DNA from: Verrucomicrobiales bacterium
GTDB taxonomy: Bacteria > Verrucomicrobiota > Verrucomicrobiia > Verrucomicrobiales > V1-33
Assembly: GCA_028293125.1 (NCBI GenBank)
Contig: JAQGPJ010000062.1
Location: 2,514 to 66,513 of the forward strand
Reading direction: 5' to 3'
Length of the DNA: 64,000 bases
A program made the translations under genes and the position numbers. Below the pieces are notes generated by a model that worked only from the letters and a program-made list of their open reading frames with translations, was not told where the DNA came from and did not search any database. Positions 38,901-46,572 of the stretch are shown here, in pieces (positions within the stretch are counted from its first letter, which is position 1; each line of letters begins with the position of its first letter).

Positions 38901-41900
38901 GATCAGCTGCTGGCCGCTGCTGACCCGCACCACGCTCACGTCATCAATCAGGCACTCCCCGGCATCCAGCATGCCGAACCGGAATTCGTTCCACTGCGTT
39001 TGCCCGAATTTCTGGGTGGACGGCATGGTGTAGGTCACCGTCTGCCAGTCACTGGCCGCCAGCGGACGGCCCTCCGCCCAGGAGGCCCCGTTGGACAGAT
39101 CCGCGCGGGCATCGCGCAGCTCCAGCGAGGCCCCGCCTCCGTCCGGCAGCTCCGGCCACGCCCCGCCGGTCCGATAGTGCACCTCCGAGGCCGGATTGCC
39201 TGCGGCGTCCAGCAGCGCCACCCGCTCTCCGTCATTGGACAGCGACCCGCTGAAGTTTCCCACAATCCGGGCCGCCTGTTCCGGCCACTTGGCTTTCAGG
39301 GCCGCCGCGTCCTTGGCAATCACCAGATACCCGCCCGCCTCCAGCACAGTGTTGGCCGGGAACGTCCACGAAATACCGTCATCCAGGGTCCAGCCGCCCA
39401 GATCCACGGCGGCGGTCCCCTTGTTGTAAAGCTCCAGCCACTCCTCGGGATTGGACACCGGCGGACTGCCGGGCAGCAACGGGGCATTGTACATGATCTC
39501 ATTGATCACCACATCCCGCTTCAGACTGAAGGTGTTCTCCGCGCCGAACGTGGCTGCGGCGGGTGTCAGGAATTCATTTCCCAGCCGCGCGCGGGGGAAG
39601 GCCTTCACCACCACCGCATCCAGCATTTGCCCCCGTCCGGCGGCATACAGAAACACCCGGCCATCCAGCGGTGGGCGGAATCCCAGTTGGGACTCGTCCA
39701 GCACCAGCAGTCCACCGGGAGCCAGCGTCTGCGCCGGCAGTGTATAGCCGCCGCCGCCCGCCGCGCTGCTGGACGCCACTGCCACGCCCCCCACGGACAG
39801 CGGGGCCGTGCCTTGGTTCCGCAGCTCCAGCCTCCAGGCGGTGTCGCCGCTGCCGCTGATTTCATTGATCACCAGCGTGGGGTCCCCTGCCGGAGGCAGG
39901 GTCTCCCGCGCCACCAACTGCGCGCCGAACACCACATCCCGGAGCGGCGGGGCCGAGGCCTCCAATTCATCGATGCAGATGGCCGGATCGCTCACTTTGA
40001 TCCGCAGTCCCGTCGCCTGAAGCGGGGCTCCGTCTGCGCCGCTGACCGCAAATTCATGCCGCTTCGACTGGGAGAAGGCGGAATCGCTGCCCGCGATGCG
40101 CACCGTCCCGATGGTCCGCCATCCGGTCGCGGCATCGCCTGTCTCCGCTGTCGCCGTGCCGGGCACCGCCACCGACGTGTATTGCAGCGTGTAGGTGCCC
40201 AGGCTGCGGTCCGTCAGATTCCCGGCATTGTCCCGGCCCCAGGCCACCCGTCCCAGCGCCACCGTCCCGGCGAAGCGCACCCCGATGAACGGGTCCTCGC
40301 CGCCGGCGGAGACCCAGGAGTTGTTATTTCCGTAAAAACCGTCATTCACATCCGCGATGTTGTAACGGTAAGCGCCGCTGGCCAACTCGTGCAGCTCGCT
40401 GGACCCGAAGGCCACGGCTCCGTTGGAGGCCCGCGCGAAATTGTCCGGCACCGCCCCCGCCGGGCCGTCGCCCCCCGTGCGCGCCAGATGGAAGCCCGTC
40501 CCGGCATCCGCGGCGAAGGCGTCGCTGCCGTTCCAAGGGGCGGCGTAAAGCTCCAGCTCGTCCACGCAGGTTCCGGATCCCAGCCCATTGCCCGGGCAGA
40601 CCAGCCGCACTCCGGTGGCCTGCACCGGTGGGAAGTTGAACCGGTGCCGCTGCTGGATCGGGAAACCCAGCGCCGTCGCGGTGTAGGTCACGGTCCCAAG
40701 GGTGGTCCAGGCGTTCTCCGGTGTGGTGGCTCCCGGATTGGCCGCCACGGTGTACTGGACTGTGTAAGTGCCCGCCGAGCGGTCGGAGGACGCTCCGGTC
40801 TGATCCCGCCCCCAGGCGATGCTGCCCACCGTCACCGGTGCCGCGCTCAAGCGGATGCCGCAGAATGAGTTCAGCGAGCCGCCGATCCACGAATTGCTGT
40901 TGCCATAGATGCCGTCGTTCAGATGCGGGATCGAATGCGCCGGATAACCGGTCAGCACATCCTTCGCGAAAGGACTGCCCCCATTCGCCGTCAGGGCCAG
41001 ATTCTGCCCGGTGCCAAGGGAGCCGCCCAGCTGGGCCAAGGTCAGCCCGCCGGTGGTCTGCACCGTGTCCCCGGAGTCGGGGGTCTCCGGCGTGGGTGGA
41101 ATGTCAGGATACTGGTGGACCTCCACGCTCAGCACATTGGTCCCCGCCACCAGAGCGGTGGAGGGCAGCGTCAGGGGTCCGGCCACCGCCGCTTTGTCCA
41201 CAAAGGCGGAGGCGGCCGTGCCCGCGGTCACCGCGCCCTCCGGCATGCCGGTCCGCGCCACCTCGGTCCCGTTCAGATAAACCACCGCGCCGTCGTCCAG
41301 CAGCGTGTTCAGCTGCAGGACCGTCCGCGCCGGATCGCCCGCGAAGGAGAACGCCCGCTGGAAATAATGCGTCACCACCCCGCTGCCCGGCTTCGCCAGG
41401 AAAGTGCCCACCGGGATCTCCGGCAAGCCCTCCGCAGCCGCCAGCACCCCCCGTCCCTCCTTCCAACCTCCGGTGCCGGCGGCATAAGTGGTCTGTGCCC
41501 AGTTGGCCCCCAGGTCCGCACCGGTCTCCATGTATTTCCAAGCGGCACCGTAATCCGACAGCGTCACCAGCGGGCCGGGCAGCCCCGCCGCGGGGAAATT
41601 CTCCCCGGCCGGAGTTCCGCCCACCACTCCGCTCAAAGTCCAGTTGGCCGCTTCACCACTGGCGCTGTTTTTCTGCCGTTTGGCCAGCGCGACCCCGCCC
41701 CCATCCGCCCCCACGGGAAAGTCACCGGTGTCGCGGTAGCTGAACTCATCCATCACCCGGTCGATGCGGTTCCTCAGGGTGATGGTTTCATTTCCGTTGC
41801 TCAGCTGCCCGGTCCAAGGCCCCAGCACGCCCGATATCCCCGCCGCCGCCTGCAGGGCGGACGGATTGGCGGAGATCAGCAGGTAACCCCCTGCCGGGAT

Positions 41901-42140
41901 GGTGGTGCCGGCCGGGAAGGTATAGTTCACTCCTCCCGAGATCCGCCAGCCGGCGAGGTCCATGTTCACCGCCATCTGATTGTAAAGCTCAATCCACTCC
42001 GCGCCGTTGGCGTCCGCGGGGTGGTACATGACTTCATTGAAAACGGTGGTGGCATCCACGGCCAAAGCCGGCAGTGCCGGCAGCGCCAGAAGACTCAGCG
42101 TCAGCCGGAAGGCACTCCGGCGGGGGATTGAATTACGCAT
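35943..42140 (-). CDS. Giant secreted protein (2065 aa): multiple lamin-tail domains (LTD), two discoidin-like beta-sandwich modules, a CotH kinase-like domain, and the shared C-terminal module
   Basis: ATG at 42140 (MRNSIPRRSAFRLTLSLLALPALPALA). LTD motifs: VFNEVMYHP...EWIELYN...LAGWRISGG, VINEIMYNAP...EWLELYNKG...LGGWTLDDG, RVTELMYHPS...FEFIELRNTG. CotH-like region: IYVKHMFHRAGLPC ... WDMDFVF. C-terminal: DADGDGLSALLEFALGTS ... VRLFVRLKAAPR. Confidence 0.85.
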   Translation of the reverse strand: MRNSIPRRSAFRLTLSLLALPALPALAVDATTVFNEVMYHPADANGAEWIELYNQMAVNMDLAGWRISGGVNYTFPAGTTIPAGGYLLISANPSALQAAAGISGVLGPWTGQLSNGNETITLRNRIDRVMDEFSYRDTGDFPVGADGGGVALAKRQKNSASGEAANWTLSGVVGGTPAGENFPAAGLPGPLVTLSDYGAAWKYMETGADLGANWAQTTYAAGTGGWKEGRGVLAAAEGLPEIPVGTFLAKPGSGVVTHYFQRAFSFAGDPARTVLQLNTLLDDGAVVYLNGTEVARTGMPEGAVTAGTAASAFVDKAAVAGPLTLPSTALVAGTNVLSVEVHQYPDIPPTPETPDSGDTVQTTGGLTLAQLGGSLGTGQNLALTANGGSPFAKDVLTGYPAHSIPHLNDGIYGNSNSWIGGSLNSFCGIRLSAAPVTVGSIAWGRDQTGASSDRSAGTYTVQYTVAANPGATTPENAWTTLGTVTYTATALGFPIQQRHRFNFPPVQATGVRLVCPGNGLGSGTCVDELELYAAPWNGSDAFAADAGTGFHLARTGGDGPAGAVPDNFARASNGAVAFGSSELHELASGAYRYNIADVNDGFYGNNNSWVSAGGEDPFIGVRFAGTVALGRVAWGRDNAGNLTDRSLGTYTLQYTSVAVPGTATAETGDAATGWRTIGTVRIAGSDSAFSQSKRHEFAVSGADGAPLQATGLRIKVSDPAICIDELEASAPPLRDVVFGAQLVARETLPPAGDPTLVINEISGSGDTAWRLELRNQGTAPLSVGGVAVASSSAAGGGGYTLPAQTLAPGGLLVLDESQLGFRPPLDGRVFLYAAGRGQMLDAVVVKAFPRARLGNEFLTPAAATFGAENTFSLKRDVVINEIMYNAPLLPGSPPVSNPEEWLELYNKGTAAVDLGGWTLDDGISWTFPANTVLEAGGYLVIAKDAAALKAKWPEQAARIVGNFSGSLSNDGERVALLDAAGNPASEVHYRTGGAWPELPDGGGASLELRDARADLSNGASWAEGRPLAASDWQTVTYTMPSTQKFGQTQWNEFRFGMLDAGECLIDDVSVVRVSSGQQLIQGGDFESLATKWRMLGNHGASAVEEEPGNSGNHVLHVRSTGPFAFNHNHIETTWKGASLNTPLVEGQSYTVTFRTKWLGGCNLLNSRGYYSRLAATTALTIPTRLGSPGRVNATAAANIGPALAGLSHAPVIPAANAPVTVTVRAQDPDGLGAVNLYYALNGGTTFTTVPMTTVDGGFYTGVIPGQAAKALVQFYVEAADSAGAISALPASGPASRALYVVNDGVGTALGAHEFRVLMLPADRTGLLATVNRLSDGRIGGTVVYQRNEMFYDIGVRLQGTAAGRIRDGDLYTGFDVGFHSDQLFRGVHDSVNIDRSGRSPTAGGRDEIYVKHMFHRAGLPCTYDDLIYFVAPTPTYTGTAILQMAGYEKTFVDSQYDGAEGTVFNLEVTYEPSTTSVAGNVESLKNPVPLATQLAADFTDLGNDKEQYRGQLEPRAGRKYDDYTGLIAFCKAMSQTSTANLSTQVAARMDVDEWMRCAALYSLCGLEDCYLTGGFQHNLRLWVPRDGTGIQVLPWDMDFVFYKAPTTPALVAGGNLLRFINANGAAKRAYYGHLQDLCNTVFNSAYMTPWLTHYGKVAGQSMAGQASYINSRRNYLMAAARLPAAVPFAITTNGGADFTVDTPSATLAGTGWINVRTFRRADTGEILDAVWTTDKAWQLTLPLKAGANLLTLQALDFQGVQIAEKTITITSTGAVPLPVDFLRVTELMYHPSNPSPAELAVSADAEDFEFIELRNTGSLPLDISGCGFTAGVDFTFTASTVLAAGENILVVRNPAAFQARYGAAARVGGTYGPGDSLRNSGETLTLTDASGRVIQSFTYSDTAPWPQSADGEGRSLVLIAPQLSVAAADWNLASGWRASMTSGGNPDGSDTASPFTGNPTADADGDGLSALLEFALGTSDSVPDTGSATQLTRDAGGLLFTFPRAANADSLAYTIETSPDFAQWTPAAGAVLASSVPSGNGLMQTWRLPAPEAVRLFVRLKAAPR

Positions 42141-42572
42141 GGAATCAGGGGAAATGGAGCCGGTTTGGCGGACAGCCGCGCCGGTGGGTTTCAAGTGCTT
42201 AAAGGTTTAGAGGATCACGGCTCTCAAAAGCAAAGCATTTCGTATGACGGAACAGAGAGGTGCCTGAAAGCAAAAGACAGTCGTCAGGATGGAATGGGAA
42301 AACCGCCGTTCCGGCCCGGGCCATCATCCGGCAGCGCCACTTCGCCGGGCTGCCGGCGGTGACTGTCCGCCTTTGGGGGAAATACGGATAAAACGTATGT
42401 TCCACCTCCAGCCGGAGAGTCAGCCCTTACGAAGAATTTTGGTTTCTTTATCAGTCTTCTGAAAAATTTAATTTTGATTGCCATCCTTATTTAATTTTCT
42501 GTTTAATAGCTGCTGCCCGGACAAAAATACCCGTCCGCCTCAGCCGCGACACCAGTACCCGCCCCCATTTAC

Positions 42573-45500
42573 ATGAAGCATCCCATAGGAAAGTTCCTGA
42601 CTTTCAGCCTTCTGGCCACGCCGTTCACGGTCACCTACGGTCAGACCACTGTGATCTCCGGCACCGTTGCCGAAGTCCGCAGCCCGTCCGATCTCGACCT
42701 GACCGGCGAGTTCTCTTACGCCGTCAACTTCAGCCCCAATGATCCTCCGGTCAGAGTGGCGGGCCTGACGTTCACACCGGACACCACGGTTCCCGCGGGA
42801 GCCAGTTTTGTCACTCCCAACACTGTGGCGCCATGGCAGACACGCCCGGATTTCGGCACCACCACCGATGAGGTGGCCTTGGCCCGGCTTTATGAGGACA
42901 TCCGGTGGGCGAACACCGGTGCTGGCGAGCAGTTGGAGGCGCATCTGCCGGTCACTCCGGGCCAGACCTACAAGCTGCAGGTGCTGTTCTACGGCAATGC
43001 GGCGGAAAACCGCTCATGGGATATTTTGGTGGAGGGGGAGATGTCGGTGGACCAGGTGACCTCCCTCGGAATCTCCACGGATGAAGTCCAGCCCTTCCAT
43101 GACCCGGCCACCGGCCTCGTTTTCACCCAGCAGTTCACCGCCGGGGACAACATGCTGGATCTGATTTTCAACCAGACTGAGGGGGCCGTCGGCACCGGGG
43201 ATGTCAACCCCATCTGGCAGGCGCTGACCTTGGAGCATATCGTCACCGACACCGACAACGACGGCCTGCCGGACAGCTGGGAGACCGCCACCTTCGGCAG
43301 CCTCGCCCAGACGGCCGCGGCGGACCCCGACAACGACGGAGTGTCCAATGCGGTGGAGTTCAATCTGGGCAGCAATGCCAACAATGCCGACTCCGACGGC
43401 GACGGCCTGAAGGACGGTGCGGAGATTGCGGCCGGCGCCAATCCCCTTGTCACGGACTCGGACGGCGACGGGCTGAGCGACGGCGTGGAGGTCAACACCC
43501 ACCACACCAACCCGGCGGCCGTGGACACCGATCTGGACGGCCTGACGGATGGTGAGGAGATCAACACCACTAAAACCAATCCCCTGCTGACGGATTCGGA
43601 TTCGGACGGCTATCCGGACGGGGTCGAGGTTGCCAACGGCACCAATCCGGCCAGCGCCACCAGCTTTCCGCTGCTGAGCAGCTTCGCGCAGGCGGTGACC
43701 GGCGGGGACGCCGGCGAGGGACTGGACCTGACCGGCACTTTCAAATACGCCTTCAATGTGGGAACCAACGGTGCCCCGGGTCTGATCCGGGGAGTGGATT
43801 TCACGGATGAAAGCAACGATGGCAACGGCGGGATCACCATCAGCAACGGGGCCGAAATCGCCGGATGGGGGGCCACCCCCGACCTGGGCGTCTCCGAGGA
43901 CGACCTCAATTTTTCCACCCTCATGTGGTCCATCCGCCATGCGGGGGTCAACGGCGGCAGAATCACGGTGACCATGACCGGTCTCACGCCCGGCAAGCCC
44001 TACAAGCTGCAGCTCCTGTTCATGGAGCGCTGCTGCCAGCGCGCCTTTGACATCTTTGTGGATGGAAATCAGAAGCTGGATGACTTCGCCCCGGTGACCT
44101 TTCAGGACGGCACCGCCGCTCCCACCCGGGGCTCCGTGGCCGTGGTCGGCTTCCTGGCCTCCGGTTCCTCCGTGGACGTGGTCCTGGACGGGGCCGATGT
44201 GTCCCTCCCTGGCTTCACGGACCACAATCCGATCCTCAACGGCGTCACCCTGGAGGAGCTGAGCGGGTCGGATGCGGACGGGGATGGCTTGGAGGACCTG
44301 TGGGAAATCTCCAACTTCGGCAACCTCGCACAGAACGGCGCCGGAGACTTTGACAATGACAGCTTCACCAACCTTCAGGAAAATCTGCTGGGCACGGATC
44401 CCAAGGATGAGGACAGTGACGATGACGGTCTGAAGGACGGTGCCGAGGTCAGCACCCATCAAACCAATCCCAGAAAAGCGGACACCGACGGCGACGGGCT
44501 CAGCGACAGCCAGGAGATTTTGACTCTGCTGACCAATCCCCTGAAAACGGATACGGACGGGGATGACTACACGGACGGCAGTGAGGTGGCCCAAGGCACC
44601 AACCCTGTCAATTCCGCCAGCTATCCGCTTCTGGGGACCAGCGTGGGCGTCTTCACGGGCGGCGATCCCGGCGAGGGACTCGATCTGACCGGCTCCTTCC
44701 TTTACGCCTTCAACGTCGGCTCTCCCGGGGCGGCTCCCGGACCGGCCGGGGATGCGCCTTTCACCAGCGATGCCGAGGCAGGAATCACGGTGACCACCGT
44801 GAATGAAATCCCGAACTGGACTAGTCCAAACTTCGGGGACACCCCCAACGACGACAATTTGGAGTTTGTCATGCAGTCCATCCGGTGGAGCGCGGCTCCG
44901 GACACCCCCATGGTGGATCTGACAGGTCTCACGGTCGGCAAGGTCTACAAGCTGCAGCTGCTGTTTGCCGAGATCGGCAGTCAGGTGCGGGGTTTTGACA
45001 TCCTGGTGGACGGCACCGTGATGGTGCACAACTTCTTCCCCTTTGTGCCACAGACACTGGGCACCTCCACCCGGAACTCCGTGGTGACCATTGGCTTTGT
45101 CGCCAAACAGGACACCCTGAGCATCGTGCTGAATGGCAATCTGGCGGACGCGCCCGGCCTGGGGGACCGCAACCCGATCCTCAGCGGGGTGACTCTTGAA
45201 ACCCTGAATCTGCCCGACACGGACGGCGACAGCCTGCCGGACGCCTGGGAAATACAGTTCCTCGGCAACCTCAACAGCAATGGCGCAGCGGACACTGACG
45301 GCGACGGAGTGGCCAACAGCGCGGAGTATGCGGCAGGGACCAATCCCGCCCTGAAGGACACCGACGGGGATGGTGTGGACGACAAAGCAGAAGCCACCGC
45401 CGGAACCAATCCAGTAGTCGCGGACACCGACGGCGACGGTCTGAGCGACGGCATGGAGATCAACATCGTGCACACCAGCCCGGTGAAAGCCGACACGGAT

Positions 45501-46394
45501 GACGACACCTTCAGCGATTACGCGGAATACCTGACAGGCTCCAACCCTGCTTTGCCAGCCAGCCTGCCCACCGTGGAACTTGGCGTGTTCACCGGTGGCG
45601 ATCCTGGTGAGGGTCTGGATCTGAGCGGCACCTTCCTCTATGCGTTCAACTTCGGCACCAATGTGGCCGGCGGTCAGGCAGGGGATGCGCTCTTCACGGC
45701 GGACAACGCCGCAGGCATCACGTTCTCCGCGCCGAACCAGATTCCGAACTGGGCGGTGCCCCAATTCGGCGACAGCCCGGCGGACAATGTGCTGGAGGGC
45801 GTGGAGACCTCGATCCGTTGGGCCGGCGCCCCCACTCCGGTGCGGGTGAACTTGGCGGGGCTGACTCCCGGCAGCCGCTACAAGGCTCAACTGCTCTTCT
45901 TCGAGACTGGCACCAACCGCGGCTTCAATGTGCTGATCGAGGGTGCGACCCTTGCTTACGAGTTCGCCCCCGGCGCGCTGCAGGGGAACACCAACACCCA
46001 GGGAGCGTTTGTCAGCTTTGAGTTCACGGCCCCGGATTCGGAGCTGAACATCATGCTGGACGGCGTGCCCACCCAGGCGGTGGACAAAAACCCGACCCTC
46101 AGCGGCGTGACCCTCGAGGCCCTCTCCCCGGCGGTGGCGGCAAACCACAGCCTCAGCCTGACGGCCTTCGATCCCGCCACCGGGGTGACCTTCACCGCTC
46201 AGGGCACCGCCGGCAAGGTGTATGCCCTGGATTACAGCCCGGGCCTGACCACCGGCACATGGGTGGAGGTGAATGACAATGTGGTGATCGGAGCCGGCGG
46301 CACCGTGCAGGTGACCGACAGCGCGCCCGCCCACCGCACTCCCGCCAAAGGCTTCTGGCGTCTGCGCGACTCCGCGCTGAAACCTCAGCCCTGA
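42573..46394 (+). CDS. Secreted protein (1273 aa) with four malectin-like carbohydrate-binding-type modules alternating with three TSP3 Ca-binding arrays, plus the shared C-terminal module
   Basis: Signal peptide MKHPIGKFLTFSLLATPFTVTYG. Four ~190-aa modules with LDLTGxFxYAFNxG ... IRW(A/S) ... GLTPGxxYKLQLLFxE ... (R/Q)xFD(I/V)xVDG ... NPILxGVTLE, reminiscent of the malectin signature (Y-x-V-x-L-H-F-A-E ... R-V-F-D-V). DxDxDG arrays lie between modules. Confidence 0.85.
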   Translation: MKHPIGKFLTFSLLATPFTVTYGQTTVISGTVAEVRSPSDLDLTGEFSYAVNFSPNDPPVRVAGLTFTPDTTVPAGASFVTPNTVAPWQTRPDFGTTTDEVALARLYEDIRWANTGAGEQLEAHLPVTPGQTYKLQVLFYGNAAENRSWDILVEGEMSVDQVTSLGISTDEVQPFHDPATGLVFTQQFTAGDNMLDLIFNQTEGAVGTGDVNPIWQALTLEHIVTDTDNDGLPDSWETATFGSLAQTAAADPDNDGVSNAVEFNLGSNANNADSDGDGLKDGAEIAAGANPLVTDSDGDGLSDGVEVNTHHTNPAAVDTDLDGLTDGEEINTTKTNPLLTDSDSDGYPDGVEVANGTNPASATSFPLLSSFAQAVTGGDAGEGLDLTGTFKYAFNVGTNGAPGLIRGVDFTDESNDGNGGITISNGAEIAGWGATPDLGVSEDDLNFSTLMWSIRHAGVNGGRITVTMTGLTPGKPYKLQLLFMERCCQRAFDIFVDGNQKLDDFAPVTFQDGTAAPTRGSVAVVGFLASGSSVDVVLDGADVSLPGFTDHNPILNGVTLEELSGSDADGDGLEDLWEISNFGNLAQNGAGDFDNDSFTNLQENLLGTDPKDEDSDDDGLKDGAEVSTHQTNPRKADTDGDGLSDSQEILTLLTNPLKTDTDGDDYTDGSEVAQGTNPVNSASYPLLGTSVGVFTGGDPGEGLDLTGSFLYAFNVGSPGAAPGPAGDAPFTSDAEAGITVTTVNEIPNWTSPNFGDTPNDDNLEFVMQSIRWSAAPDTPMVDLTGLTVGKVYKLQLLFAEIGSQVRGFDILVDGTVMVHNFFPFVPQTLGTSTRNSVVTIGFVAKQDTLSIVLNGNLADAPGLGDRNPILSGVTLETLNLPDTDGDSLPDAWEIQFLGNLNSNGAADTDGDGVANSAEYAAGTNPALKDTDGDGVDDKAEATAGTNPVVADTDGDGLSDGMEINIVHTSPVKADTDDDTFSDYAEYLTGSNPALPASLPTVELGVFTGGDPGEGLDLSGTFLYAFNFGTNVAGGQAGDALFTADNAAGITFSAPNQIPNWAVPQFGDSPADNVLEGVETSIRWAGAPTPVRVNLAGLTPGSRYKAQLLFFETGTNRGFNVLIEGATLAYEFAPGALQGNTNTQGAFVSFEFTAPDSELNIMLDGVPTQAVDKNPTLSGVTLEALSPAVAANHSLSLTAFDPATGVTFTAQGTAGKVYALDYSPGLTTGTWVEVNDNVVIGAGGTVQVTDSAPAHRTPAKGFWRLRDSALKPQP
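43248..43652 (+). repeat. TSP3-type Ca-binding repeat array 1 (aa 226-360)
   Basis: DTDNDG, DPDNDG, DSDGDG, DSDGDG, DTDLDG, DSDSDG motifs. Confidence 0.7.
44268..44612 (+). repeat. TSP3-type Ca-binding repeat array 2 (aa 566-680)
   Basis: DADGDG, DFDNDS, DSDDDG, DTDGDG, DTDGDD motifs. Confidence 0.7.
45216..45548 (+). repeat. TSP3-type Ca-binding repeat array 3 (aa 882-992)
   Basis: DTDGDS, DTDGDG, DTDGDG, DTDGDG, DTDDDT motifs. Confidence 0.7.
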
Positions 46395-46416
46395 TCCAAA
46401 ATATCCGTAAAACCGA

Positions 46417-46460
46417 GACGGGTGCCGCGTTCCCTGAATGCGGCACCCGTCGTTGGTTTA
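46417..46460 (+). terminator. Intrinsic terminator-like hairpin after the malectin/TSP3 gene
   Basis: 12-bp perfect stem GACGGGTGCCGC (46417-46428) / GCGGCACCCGTC (46440-46451) with an 11-nt loop, followed by GTTGGTTTA (a weak U-tract). Confidence 0.55.
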
Positions 46461-46572
46461 ACCGGCGTGCCGGAGCCCGGACTGACCCGCGGAAAAGCTG
46501 AAAACCGCAGCCGGCCCCCTTTCCTGCTTTCCTCCCCTCCCGTTCCGTTCCTTTCCTTTCCCAGCCCCTCCT

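Noticed and set aside
36567-40868. 1433-aa plus-strand ORF antisense to the LTD/CotH giant gene. Similar cases: 43014..46334 (-, 1106 aa), 48268..50979 (-, 903 aa), 19077..21701 (+, 874 aa), 31645..33342 (+, 565 aa), 9421..11064 (-, 547 aa), 13872..15398 (-, 508 aa), 52414..53841 (-, 475 aa), 34177..35574 (+, 465 aa), 25856..27181 (+, 441 aa), 6061..7377 (-, 438 aa), 28720..29958 (+, 412 aa), 16106..17308 (+, 400 aa), 27194..28390 (+, 398 aa), 3888..5051 (+, 387 aa), 12082..13161 (+, 359 aa), 54247..55281 (+, 344 aa), 60861..61871 (-, 336 aa), 57992..58945 (+, 317 aa), 11043..11969 (-, 308 aa), 62473..63315 (+, 280 aa)
   Set aside because: All are Arg/Gly/Ala/Pro/His-rich with no recognisable motifs. 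Each lies exactly antisense to a gene with strong family signatures (LTD, CotH, TSP3 DxDxDG, HsdR/M, MocR and so on). They are an expected artefact of stop-codon depletion in GC-rich DNA, not overlapping genes.
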